Shown: positions 17,165 to 24,443 of the stretch, one piece after another
Layout of the letters: each line of letters opens with the position of its first letter
How positions within the stretch are numbered: position 1 is the first letter of the stretch
IMG/VR virus record: IMGVR_UViG_3300010048_000020
Coordinates: 1 to 41,254 of that record
Length of the DNA: 41,254 bases
Origin: a virus
Lineage: Duplodnaviria; Caudoviricetes
Direction: 5' to 3' (one strand)
The notes under the pieces: generated by a model
Database searches by the model: none
The model's input: the letters and a program-made list of their open reading frames with translations, nothing else
What the model was told of the DNA's origin: nothing
Made by a program: the position numbers and the translations under genes

Positions 17165-17383
17165 GTGACACGCGACAAAGCGCTGCGCGACTTGCTGCGT
17201 CCTATCCGCTATGAGTTTCACAATAGTGATAGCAGCAAGCGCAACATCGTAGTGAAGCGACATCAGCTGGTGCGCGCGGCCTACCCGTTCATGAACGAGG
17301 AGGAACAAGCGCAAGCTGACACGTGGTTTAAACAGGAACAACATAAGGAGCTTTGGGATGCGAACCGACATGATGCTGATTAG
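17165..17383 (+). CDS. Hypothetical protein (start uncertain)
   Basis: GAGG RBS upstream of TTG/GTG; fills the operon gap. Confidence 0.45.
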   Translation: MTRDKALRDLLRPIRYEFHNSDSSKRNIVVKRHQLVRAAYPFMNEEEQAQADTWFKQEQHKELWDANRHDAD

Positions 17384-17552
17384 CAAGCTGCTGGAAGACG
17401 TGCTGCCTCCGGGTGCGTACTTCGTCCTCGTGGTGGGTGAGGAGCAGCAAAACCCTGACGATGACAACCTTGGGTTTGCGACTGACCTCGCGCCCAATGA
17501 TGCTATCAAAATGCTGGATGAAGCGTCTGCTTCCATGAAATCAGCGACGTAA
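17358..17552 (+). CDS. Hypothetical protein
   Basis: AAGGAG RBS upstream; acidic 64 aa protein. Confidence 0.55.
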   Translation: MRTDMMLISKLLEDVLPPGAYFVLVVGEEQQNPDDDNLGFATDLAPNDAIKMLDEASASMKSAT

Positions 17553-17558
17553 TACCGC

Positions 17559-17587
17559 TTGCATTTTCCATGGGGATACCTTACTAT
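17559..17587 (+). promoter_or_regulatory. Sigma70 promoter
   Basis: TTGCAT-N17-TACTAT; the -10 is flanked by an imperfect inverted repeat (CCATGGGGATACC / GGTATTCCCCAATGG). Confidence 0.6.
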
Positions 17588-17616
17588 TCATAGGGTATTC
17601 CCCAATGGAGGTTATA

Positions 17617-17985
17617 ATGAAGCTGGTTCTTTCCCAAGGTGGCGTGGAACACAAGGTTCTGCAATACGCCATGCCAATCAAAGGTCGTGACCTGCCGTTG
17701 AAGATCAACGGCTTTGATGTCGAAGGTAAAGTCACCTCGGCACGCGGTCGCACCTACACTTACTTCGCATACGCTGGCGGTGAGTTCTACGTCCAAGGTG
17801 AACTTGGCGAACAACCGTGCGATCTCCATGTGCCTGATGGTTTTGAGCCCCGCGCCCACGCTGGCCGCGCAGCTCAATACGAAGCATTGAAGGAGAAGCG
17901 TGCGGCTGCGCGTGCCGCCACTGGCGAAGCGCCCAAGAAGCGCGGTAGGAAGTCCAAGGCGGGCACCGAGCAGCCTGCCGCATAG
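17617..17985 (+). CDS. Hypothetical protein with basic C-terminal tail; paralog of 11070..11459
   Basis: RBS GGAGG; KING.D....VTS.RG.TY.YF...G..Y; APKKRGRKSK tail; GC hairpin after the stop. Confidence 0.8.
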   Translation: MKLVLSQGGVEHKVLQYAMPIKGRDLPLKINGFDVEGKVTSARGRTYTYFAYAGGEFYVQGELGEQPCDLHVPDGFEPRAHAGRAAQYEALKEKRAAARAATGEAPKKRGRKSKAGTEQPAA

Positions 17986-18059
17986 GGTAGTAAGGGGGCG
18001 GGCCTCCGTGCCCGCCAAGAGCCTGTATGACGTAGCCAGTAACCCGTAAGGAGATTGAC

Positions 18060-18443
18060 ATGTTAACGTCTAAGAACGATCCCCTCTCTAACGACAAGAT
18101 TGTGTCTATCCTGGATGAGAAGGATGGTGGGGATCTCATTGTAGACCTGATCACTACAGCTGGACAAATCAGTGACTCCCATCGACAGCAGAAGGAAATC
18201 AAAGCTACGCTGGCAGATGCCTTGAAAACAGGCAGTCATCCTCCGCTAAGTGATTTGCTTATGATGGTTCAGCTGGAGCAACATCTTACCATGCTCTTAG
18301 ACGCCCTCAGTATCTTATACGTAAGACTAAAAGAGGTGCGTGATAGTGGACAACTTCACACAGACGCTGTTGCCGCTAGTCGATCAATGGTTCAAGAAGC
18401 AGATTCAGCGGCTGGATCTGCAGAACCAAGCGGCGGCAATTGA
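18060..18443 (+). CDS. Hypothetical helical protein
   Basis: RBS TAAGGAG before ATG 18060. Confidence 0.65.
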   Translation: MLTSKNDPLSNDKIVSILDEKDGGDLIVDLITTAGQISDSHRQQKEIKATLADALKTGSHPPLSDLLMMVQLEQHLTMLLDALSILYVRLKEVRDSGQLHTDAVAASRSMVQEADSAAGSAEPSGGN

Positions 18444-18735
18444 AGAGGAAGAACGTGAACTCAAGAAGCAGTTTTCAGCGATAATGAAGGAACAACGCGT
18501 TCTGAAATTTGAAGCGACAGACTGCATCGTAGAACTGAAGGAGGGAGAACCCGCACCGACAGTGCGGAGCTGGGAGCTGTTCTATAAATATATCATGGAC
18601 AATAACGCCTTTGAACTACTACAGAAACGCGTGAGTCCTGTAGCTGTAAGGGAACACTGGGAAGCAGGGGAACACATCCCCGGCGTGGACAAATTCCCAG
18701 TAGATAAAATATCCGTCCAAAGGATCTCCCGTTGA
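18340..18735 (+). CDS. Conserved phage replication-module protein
   Basis: P.V..W..FY.YI....AF.LLQKR.S..A.RE....G..IPGV motif, typically found next to SSB genes. Confidence 0.75.
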   Translation: MIVDNFTQTLLPLVDQWFKKQIQRLDLQNQAAAIEEEERELKKQFSAIMKEQRVLKFEATDCIVELKEGEPAPTVRSWELFYKYIMDNNAFELLQKRVSPVAVREHWEAGEHIPGVDKFPVDKISVQRISR

Positions 18736-18774
18736 CCGAAGGGAGCACAAATCGGTCGTACTTAGGACTAGATC

Positions 18775-19512
18775 ATGAGTACTCAGGTAATTCCGTGGAA
18801 GGAACGCATGGCCGCGCTGGCAAAACAGACGGAAGATGCGGAAAAGCCCACTGGAAATTTCATCACCTTCCGCGCAGGACAGATGTTGTTTAACGATGCA
18901 CCAGTCCCCGGCAACAAATTGACTGGAGTCTGTATAGATTACATCTTTGAAAATGCGTATTTCCCAGATAAGTTCAATCCGGCAAAACCCGCTTCGCCAA
19001 TATGCTACGCGTTCGGCCGGAAGGATAGTGAACTCAAGCCACACGCTGAGTGTGAAGAGCCTCAAAACACCGAGTGTGACGGTTGTATTCGCAATGCGTG
19101 GGGCAGCGATCCTGATGGTGGGCGCGGCAAGGCGTGTAAGAATACGCGGCGTCTGGCAATCCTACACCAGGATAGTCTTCATTCCGAAAAGGAGATTCTT
19201 GAAGCGGCTGTGGCTTTCTGCAAGATCCCTGTCACGTCTGTCCGTAACTGGAGCACGTTTGCCAATCAATGCTCGACAGTCCTTAAGGTCCCTCCGCTGG
19301 CAGTTATCACCGAAATCTCCGTTGTACCCCATCCGAAAAACCAGTTTGAGGTCCTCTTCAAGGGGTCAGGGGTTATCACGGACGATGAAATTCTGGCTGC
19401 ACTAGTCGCCAAGCAGGAGCTCGTAGCTAAGAATATTATGGTCCCATATCCTAAGAATCAAAAGGAAGGGGAGCCTGTTGTACCAAAGAAGGACGGGAAA
19501 AAATACTCATGA
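18775..19512 (+). CDS. Putative ssDNA-binding protein with Zn-binding Cys cluster
   Basis: P.CYA...C..C..N.WGS....GKACKN.RRLA motif in a polA-type replication module. Confidence 0.65.
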   Translation: MSTQVIPWKERMAALAKQTEDAEKPTGNFITFRAGQMLFNDAPVPGNKLTGVCIDYIFENAYFPDKFNPAKPASPICYAFGRKDSELKPHAECEEPQNTECDGCIRNAWGSDPDGGRGKACKNTRRLAILHQDSLHSEKEILEAAVAFCKIPVTSVRNWSTFANQCSTVLKVPPLAVITEISVVPHPKNQFEVLFKGSGVITDDEILAALVAKQELVAKNIMVPYPKNQKEGEPVVPKKDGKKYS

Positions 19513-19652
19513 GGCAATAGGTGTAAACACCTATGTTGCTGCGGCGCAAACCGAGCAGGTTGAGCCCCCAAGAGGTAAAATGACCTGTATAGTTGTAACA
19601 GTTTGTTAGCAGTAACGCAGGGTCTAAGGGAGTCGTGGGGGCTCCCTTTTTC
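19513..19652 (+). promoter_or_regulatory. Structured leader with mutually exclusive terminator/antiterminator
   Basis: Terminator AAGGGAGTC/GGCTCCCTT plus a T run (19626-19651); GAGCCCCCA (19562-19570) is the exact complement of TGGGGGCTC (19636-19644). Confidence 0.5.
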
Positions 19653-19680
19653 TATCCCCCACACTTGTGAGGTAATAATC

Positions 19681-20046
19681 ATGAAGAAGCTCATCCTTGC
19701 AGTGGCAGCAGCTCTGGTCGCTTCGTCGGCATTCGCAGTAACGGGTGTCGGTGGCGTGGCAACGTCGTCCTCGGGCGCAGGTTCGTTCGCCGCTACCGGC
19801 GTGATCGGTAACGGCGCTTCGATCCAAGGCACCACGAACGCTACCGAAGGCACGGCGACGGTGGTCGCGGTCGCGGGTCAAGGCAACAATCCCACGAGTG
19901 GTGCGGCTGGCGTTCACACGACGGCAACGACGACGACCACGGGCCTTTCGGTCGGCGCAACGCAGGGCAACGGCTTCGGTCTGACGGGCGGCGCAGCAGG
20001 CTCGCTCTCCAACGCAGCCGGTGGTGCAGGCTTCCTGCACTTCTAA
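19681..20046 (+). CDS. Secreted Gly/Ala/Thr-rich protein 1
   Basis: RBS GAGGT; signal peptide MKKLILAVAAALVASSAFA; ends in Phe. Confidence 0.8.
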   Translation: MKKLILAVAAALVASSAFAVTGVGGVATSSSGAGSFAATGVIGNGASIQGTTNATEGTATVVAVAGQGNNPTSGAAGVHTTATTTTTGLSVGATQGNGFGLTGGAAGSLSNAAGGAGFLHF

Positions 20047-20062
20047 TCGTAGTCTGATGCGA

Positions 20063-20093
20063 CCCTCCTGTTCATGGCAGGAGGGTTTCCTTT
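20063..20093 (+). terminator. Terminator-like hairpin
   Basis: ACCCTCCTG-N7-CAGGAGGGT then TTCCTTT. Confidence 0.5.
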
Positions 20094-20106
20094 CAAGGAG
20101 CATCTG

Positions 20107-20415
20107 ATGAAGATTAGACTGATCGTTGCATGCGCAACTATGATGGTTGCGGGCGCAACATTCGGCCAAAGCACCAGCGTAACGACTTCGGGAAACATGA
20201 TTTCCGGAATTGTGCAGCAGACGCTGGCAGGCAAAACGGTCACGGTCACCATCACCAATGGAGTCCAGACCGCAGGCTCTGTGCCGAATAGTGTGCCTCA
20301 AGGTGTAGATTTGGGAAGTATGTCCGCTGGATTGTCTATCGGCGCGATTCAAGGAGCAGGGTTTGGGAGTACCGGGGGCGTTTCTGGTTCTGCCGTAAGC
20401 GCCCTGAAGTTCTAG
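20107..20415 (+). CDS. Secreted Gly/Ser/Thr-rich protein 2
   Basis: RBS AAGGAG; signal peptide MKIRLIVACATMMVAGATFG; C-terminus similar to protein 1. Confidence 0.75.
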   Translation: MKIRLIVACATMMVAGATFGQSTSVTTSGNMISGIVQQTLAGKTVTVTITNGVQTAGSVPNSVPQGVDLGSMSAGLSIGAIQGAGFGSTGGVSGSAVSALKF

Positions 20416-20444
20416 CAGGACACCGTTGATGGGTGATGTTTCAG

Positions 20445-20468
20445 GCCGCGCCTTCGGGCGCGGTTTTT
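20445..20468 (+). terminator. Intrinsic terminator
   Basis: GCCGCGCC-TTCG-GGCGCGGT plus TTTT (cUUCGg loop). Confidence 0.75.
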
Positions 20469-20484
20469 CACAAATGGGGATAAC

Positions 20485-21264
20485 ATGAAAAAGATTCTGA
20501 TGGCCACAGCCCTGGCGATGGTTGCGGGCGCAACCTTCGGCCAGACAGCAAACTCCGGAGCGGGTGCAACGTCCAACTCCGGCGCAGTAGGCACGGCGAC
20601 TGCCGTGGGTGGAGGTATGTCTTCCTCCAGCATGTCCAGCACGATCGGCGGCAGTGCTGCCTCCGCGCGTGGGGGCGCAGGGGGAAACTCCACGGCGGCA
20701 GGCGGAACTTCAGCCGTGACCGTGAATTTTACATCAGGGAGCGGAGCGTCCGACCCCTCCAGCGGGACGGGGGCCGGACAGACTGCGGCAGCGCAAATCC
20801 CCGGGGACCCGACAACTCATATAAAAGAATCCATCCAGACTGTTGGGAACCCGGGAGCTGTGAGTTACGGTGTCAGTTTTAGTCAGTACAACTGTGCGAA
20901 CACAGCATCCGTAGGCGCTGGCTTCTTGGGTGGAGTATTCCAGTTCGGTGGAGGCGTGGAATCAAACCCTTGCAACGCCAGAGCAAACGCTTCCGCACTT
21001 TTTACTCTGGCGCAGGGGATGGCTTCATCGAATGCGGAAATGTCGGCGCGGCTGTACAGAGCCGCCGTGCTGCTGATTGGCCACTCAACCAAGGCGACGG
21101 AAGACGCGTTGGCAGAGGCTGGGGTTTCTGACTTTCTTCCCTCCACGCCGCCTGCGCCAGCTCCGCAACCAGCGGACGTAGGAGCAGTCCCGGGCGTGAA
21201 AGCTTACGCTGTCGCTCAGACTCCCGGCAAGGAAGCTCAGCTGGTCGATGTCGTCAAGAAGTAG
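20485..21264 (+). CDS. Secreted Gly/Ser/Ala-rich protein 3 with disulfide beta-hairpin domain
   Basis: Signal peptide MKKILMATALAMVAGATFG; C-ANTASVGAGFLGGVFQFGGGVESNP-C hairpin. Confidence 0.8.
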   Translation: MKKILMATALAMVAGATFGQTANSGAGATSNSGAVGTATAVGGGMSSSSMSSTIGGSAASARGGAGGNSTAAGGTSAVTVNFTSGSGASDPSSGTGAGQTAAAQIPGDPTTHIKESIQTVGNPGAVSYGVSFSQYNCANTASVGAGFLGGVFQFGGGVESNPCNARANASALFTLAQGMASSNAEMSARLYRAAVLLIGHSTKATEDALAEAGVSDFLPSTPPAPAPQPADVGAVPGVKAYAVAQTPGKEAQLVDVVKK

Positions 21265-21271
21265 TGAGAGT

Positions 21272-21303
21272 TGCCAGTATGCGCGGGGAAGCGCATACTG
21301 GCA
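21272..21303. repeat. Perfect 13-bp hairpin after the secreted cassette
   Basis: TGCCAGTATGCGC-GGGGAA-GCGCATACTGGCA. Confidence 0.75.
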
Positions 21304-21444
21304 GTTAGGGTGTTTTGGCGGGGGTCACGGGTCGTCCCCACGGTCGGCAAGGCGCGGGTCGTAGCAACAGGGGCTCCCCGTGACGCTGATTGGCCTGTGG
21401 CCTCCACCAAAACAATCCTAACCTGAACCGTGGGGGTTCTAGTA

Positions 21445-21696
21445 ATGAGTAAAGAGGCTGTAGTTCATGCTGCACGTCTTTGGTCTTTGCAAATCGCCAG
21501 AATAGAAACATACAAGGCGGGCAAAACCAGTCCAGTCATTCTAAACATGATGCTCCAAAAAGAACGTATCCTCTACGATAACTTCATCGCCCTGTTGGAG
21601 GGAGTATGTCAACTTGCATCTTTACAGGTTGCCGAGTCGCAATCTGTCCAGAAGGGAAAGAGCCGCGCTGCTTCAACGCGGATGCTCATCAAATAA
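21445..21696 (+). CDS. Hypothetical protein
   Basis: ORF in operon orientation; no motif recognised. Confidence 0.45.
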   Translation: MSKEAVVHAARLWSLQIARIETYKAGKTSPVILNMMLQKERILYDNFIALLEGVCQLASLQVAESQSVQKGKSRAASTRMLIK

Positions 21697-22067
21697 ACGA
21701 TCATACGTACATTTTCAACGTCAACCCTAAGTCCGGCATGTCTATGAAGGAGTGCTGGTTGGCGTGGAAGAGGATAGATTATTTTATCCTGCTCAAGCCG
21801 AGTTGGTATTTCTGGCTACAATCCACGCCGAATATCCTGGTCGTAGAAATGGAGTGTGTCTATGAGCTCACCCAAAAGGCGCGGGAAAACGAAAAGGACT
21901 TCGAAGATTCCCCAGACATTGACTGGTGGGCGCTTCTATCTCCACTTGGATTCGAATGGAGTGATGGCTCTCAGAGTTACATTTACACAGGAGGTGACAA
22001 GCAAGAAAAACCAGATGTCCACCCATCAGCAGAGCAGTTCGTAGACACAGACCCTGAACCATTCTAG
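21606..22067 (+). CDS. Hypothetical protein
   Basis: RBS GGAGG before ATG 21606; Cys-rich N-terminus. Confidence 0.6.
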   Translation: MSTCIFTGCRVAICPEGKEPRCFNADAHQINDHTYIFNVNPKSGMSMKECWLAWKRIDYFILLKPSWYFWLQSTPNILVVEMECVYELTQKARENEKDFEDSPDIDWWALLSPLGFEWSDGSQSYIYTGGDKQEKPDVHPSAEQFVDTDPEPF

Positions 22068-22076
22068 GAGCATGCA

Positions 22077-23525
22077 ATGGGCAATACCCTGAACGAACTC
22101 GTACCTGAAATAGCCGTAGCCCAAATCGTGCAATATGGGGAGAAGCTTATCCTCCCCGAGGGGATGAAGATCCCAACCGCGATTAACCTGCTCGAACGCC
22201 GCATGCAGTTCGAGGAAGAAACCACCAACTTCACCATGGAGTACGATGTACTCCCCTACGACGGCGCGTATGCCCTGGACCGCTGTCTGGTGGCGAAGTT
22301 TGGATGGGCTCCGGCGGAAGCCACGCCCGGTTTCTGGGAGGATACTCCCCCGCAAATGGTCCGCATCGAAACGGACTACCACGTCTGGACGAACGTGGCG
22401 TGGGGCCGGTTCAACCTGCCCAATATCAGCGGCTTCATTGCCACGGACGTGGCGCGGCAGCCCAACGGTCGCTTCAAGTTTCAGCTGCAAGCCATGGTCA
22501 AGCGCAAGGATGAACGCGCCGTGCGTGAGCTCTTTGACGAGGTGAATACTTACCTCCGCGACCACAGCATCTACAAGGGGAAGGCGGTGAAAATCCGCTT
22601 CTTGCTGGACAACGGCAAAGACCTTCCCATGCCGGACGTGAAGTTCTTGAACGCCAAGTCCGTGGAACCCAACAGTGTCATTTTCAGCCGTGAGCTGGAG
22701 GAACAAATTAATGTCAACCTTTTCATCCCCATTACCCGAGTCCATGACTGCATCCGAAACCGGGTCGCTGTCAAACGGGGCGTCCTCCTGGGAGGCACCT
22801 ACGGAGTGGGCAAGACTATGGCAGCTTCCGTCGCTAGTCGCATGGCAGTGGACAGTGGAATTACCTATGTCTATAGCCCTCGGGCTAATGAACTTAAACT
22901 GGCAATTGAGTTTGCTAAACAGTATCAGTCCCCTGCCTGCGTGGTATTCTGCGAAGACGTGGACCGCGTCACCGACGGCAAGCGTGGAGTAGAACTGGAT
23001 GACCTCCTCAATATCATTGACGGCATTGACACCAAGAGTAGCAATATCATCACGGTGCTCACGACCAATGAGTTGGACAAGGTCAATCCCGCCATGCTGC
23101 GCCCCGGCCGACTGGATGCAGTCATTGAGCTCCAGGCTCCTGACGCGGAAGCTGTGGAAAGGCTCATCCGTCATTATGGTGGTGAGGTAATTGCCGCGAA
23201 TGAGGATCTTACTGAGGTCGGAGCTGTACTGGCTGGCCAAATTCCGGCGATGGTGTCGGAAGTGGTCAAGCGCGCGAAGCTGTACCAGATCGGTGAGCAA
23301 GAGCCGGGGACGGAGGTCCGCATGATTGGTGCGTCCGCTCTGCTCTATGCCGCCAAGACCATGCGCGCTCAGCTGGACCTGTTGGAGCGTCGTACGGCGG
23401 CGCAGCAAGTCCAACCTCCCACGCTGGACGAAACCTTCCGTGGCGTCATGGCAGATGTCTATGTCAATGGCGGCGCGAAGACCGTAGCCGGTGAGATCAT
23501 CAAGGCGGCACGCCCGCAAGCGTAG
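22077..23525 (+). CDS. AAA+ ATPase
   Basis: RGVLLGGTYGVGKT Walker A, VVFCEDVD Walker B, LLNIIDG, TTN sensor and AMLRPGRLD second region of homology; RBS AGGAG. Confidence 0.9.
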   Translation: MGNTLNELVPEIAVAQIVQYGEKLILPEGMKIPTAINLLERRMQFEEETTNFTMEYDVLPYDGAYALDRCLVAKFGWAPAEATPGFWEDTPPQMVRIETDYHVWTNVAWGRFNLPNISGFIATDVARQPNGRFKFQLQAMVKRKDERAVRELFDEVNTYLRDHSIYKGKAVKIRFLLDNGKDLPMPDVKFLNAKSVEPNSVIFSRELEEQINVNLFIPITRVHDCIRNRVAVKRGVLLGGTYGVGKTMAASVASRMAVDSGITYVYSPRANELKLAIEFAKQYQSPACVVFCEDVDRVTDGKRGVELDDLLNIIDGIDTKSSNIITVLTTNELDKVNPAMLRPGRLDAVIELQAPDAEAVERLIRHYGGEVIAANEDLTEVGAVLAGQIPAMVSEVVKRAKLYQIGEQEPGTEVRMIGASALLYAAKTMRAQLDLLERRTAAQQVQPPTLDETFRGVMADVYVNGGAKTVAGEIIKAARPQA

Positions 23526-23631
23526 TGCTAGAAACGCCCCTCTGGCCGTCCAGAACGCTCTGAGAGCTCCTGGCGGCTAGGGGCTGGTATGTTTGTATGG
23601 GCCTGCTACGGCGGGCCGCTAAGGAGCCCCT

Positions 23632-24027
23632 ATGAAAATTGACGGTGAGTTTATCAAAGAGATGCTGGACGTGGCATTCCCAGGTCACGAAGCTATTTTG
23701 TGCATTGCAGTGGACGGAAGTGAGACAGCCCACGGATTCTGCAATGCGCCCTCCGGCAAGATCCACGAGCAGATGATGCAAGCGGCGATAGAAACTATCG
23801 TTATCCACTTGTTCCTCGGCAAAAACATTGATCTGCGAAAAATCAAGGAGAAAAATGAAAGTCACTATTGGACAGTCCTCGGCACGTTTGCGCTGACACA
23901 ATCCATGTCCGCGTTCAGCAACGCAGATACAGGGTATGAAAAAGTCGTGGACGATAACTTCCTTAAGACCCTGGAAAAGCTCATTGACTTCATGAAGGAG
24001 AAATTCGAATGCGAGCCGAACCTCTGA
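23632..24027 (+). CDS. Hypothetical protein
   Basis: RBS TAAGGAG; shares CNA...M.AA.ETI with the next ORF. Confidence 0.7.
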   Translation: MKIDGEFIKEMLDVAFPGHEAILCIAVDGSETAHGFCNAPSGKIHEQMMQAAIETIVIHLFLGKNIDLRKIKEKNESHYWTVLGTFALTQSMSAFSNADTGYEKVVDDNFLKTLEKLIDFMKEKFECEPNL

Positions 24028-24359
24028 TTGACGAAAGCGCAAAAGAGCGTGGTTATCAGTCTACTCCTGGCTTCGTGGACGTGGTGGACAAGATGGAAGC
24101 GCTGGGAGGCAAGAACTGGCTGCTAGTCCAGATCCGTGACGACGGCGCGGTGGAAAGTTACTGCAACGCCCAATCGACGGAACGCATTGACAATCCTAGT
24201 GAGTATTTAATGCTCGCGGCCGTAGAAACCATCACACGCTCCGCCCTAGCCGCGCAGGGGAAGAAATGTCCCAAATCGGGGAGTGAAGAATGGGCGCGGC
24301 AACTGGCCCGTCACCTCGTCCGTCTGGCAAAGCGCTTCATGGAGCAGATTGACGAATAA
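24009..24359 (+). CDS. Hypothetical protein, probable paralog of the preceding ORF
   Basis: RBS AAGGAG; YCNA...MLAAVETI. Confidence 0.7.
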   Translation: MRAEPLIDESAKERGYQSTPGFVDVVDKMEALGGKNWLLVQIRDDGAVESYCNAQSTERIDNPSEYLMLAAVETITRSALAAQGKKCPKSGSEEWARQLARHLVRLAKRFMEQIDE

Positions 24360-24366
24360 GTTGTCC

Positions 24367-24395
24367 TTGTAGCCCCTGCAATCAGGGGCTATACT
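24367..24395 (+). promoter_or_regulatory. Sigma70-like promoter with palindromic spacer upstream of DNA polymerase
   Basis: TTGTAG-N17-TATACT; TAGCCCCTG-CAAT-CAGGGGCTA inverted repeat spans the spacer. Confidence 0.55.
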
Positions 24396-24443
24396 GCTTT
24401 TGTTCTCGTAGCCTGTAGCGTGTACTCACCCAATGGAGCCATA

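Noticed and set aside
19513-19630. Confident c-di-GMP-I riboswitch call
   Set aside because: Motif fragments are present, but spacing, GNRA loop and P1 do not match; kept only as an unknown switch.
22026-23519. 497-aa antisense ORF
   Set aside because: Shadow of the GC3-rich AAA ATPase; no motifs or RBS.
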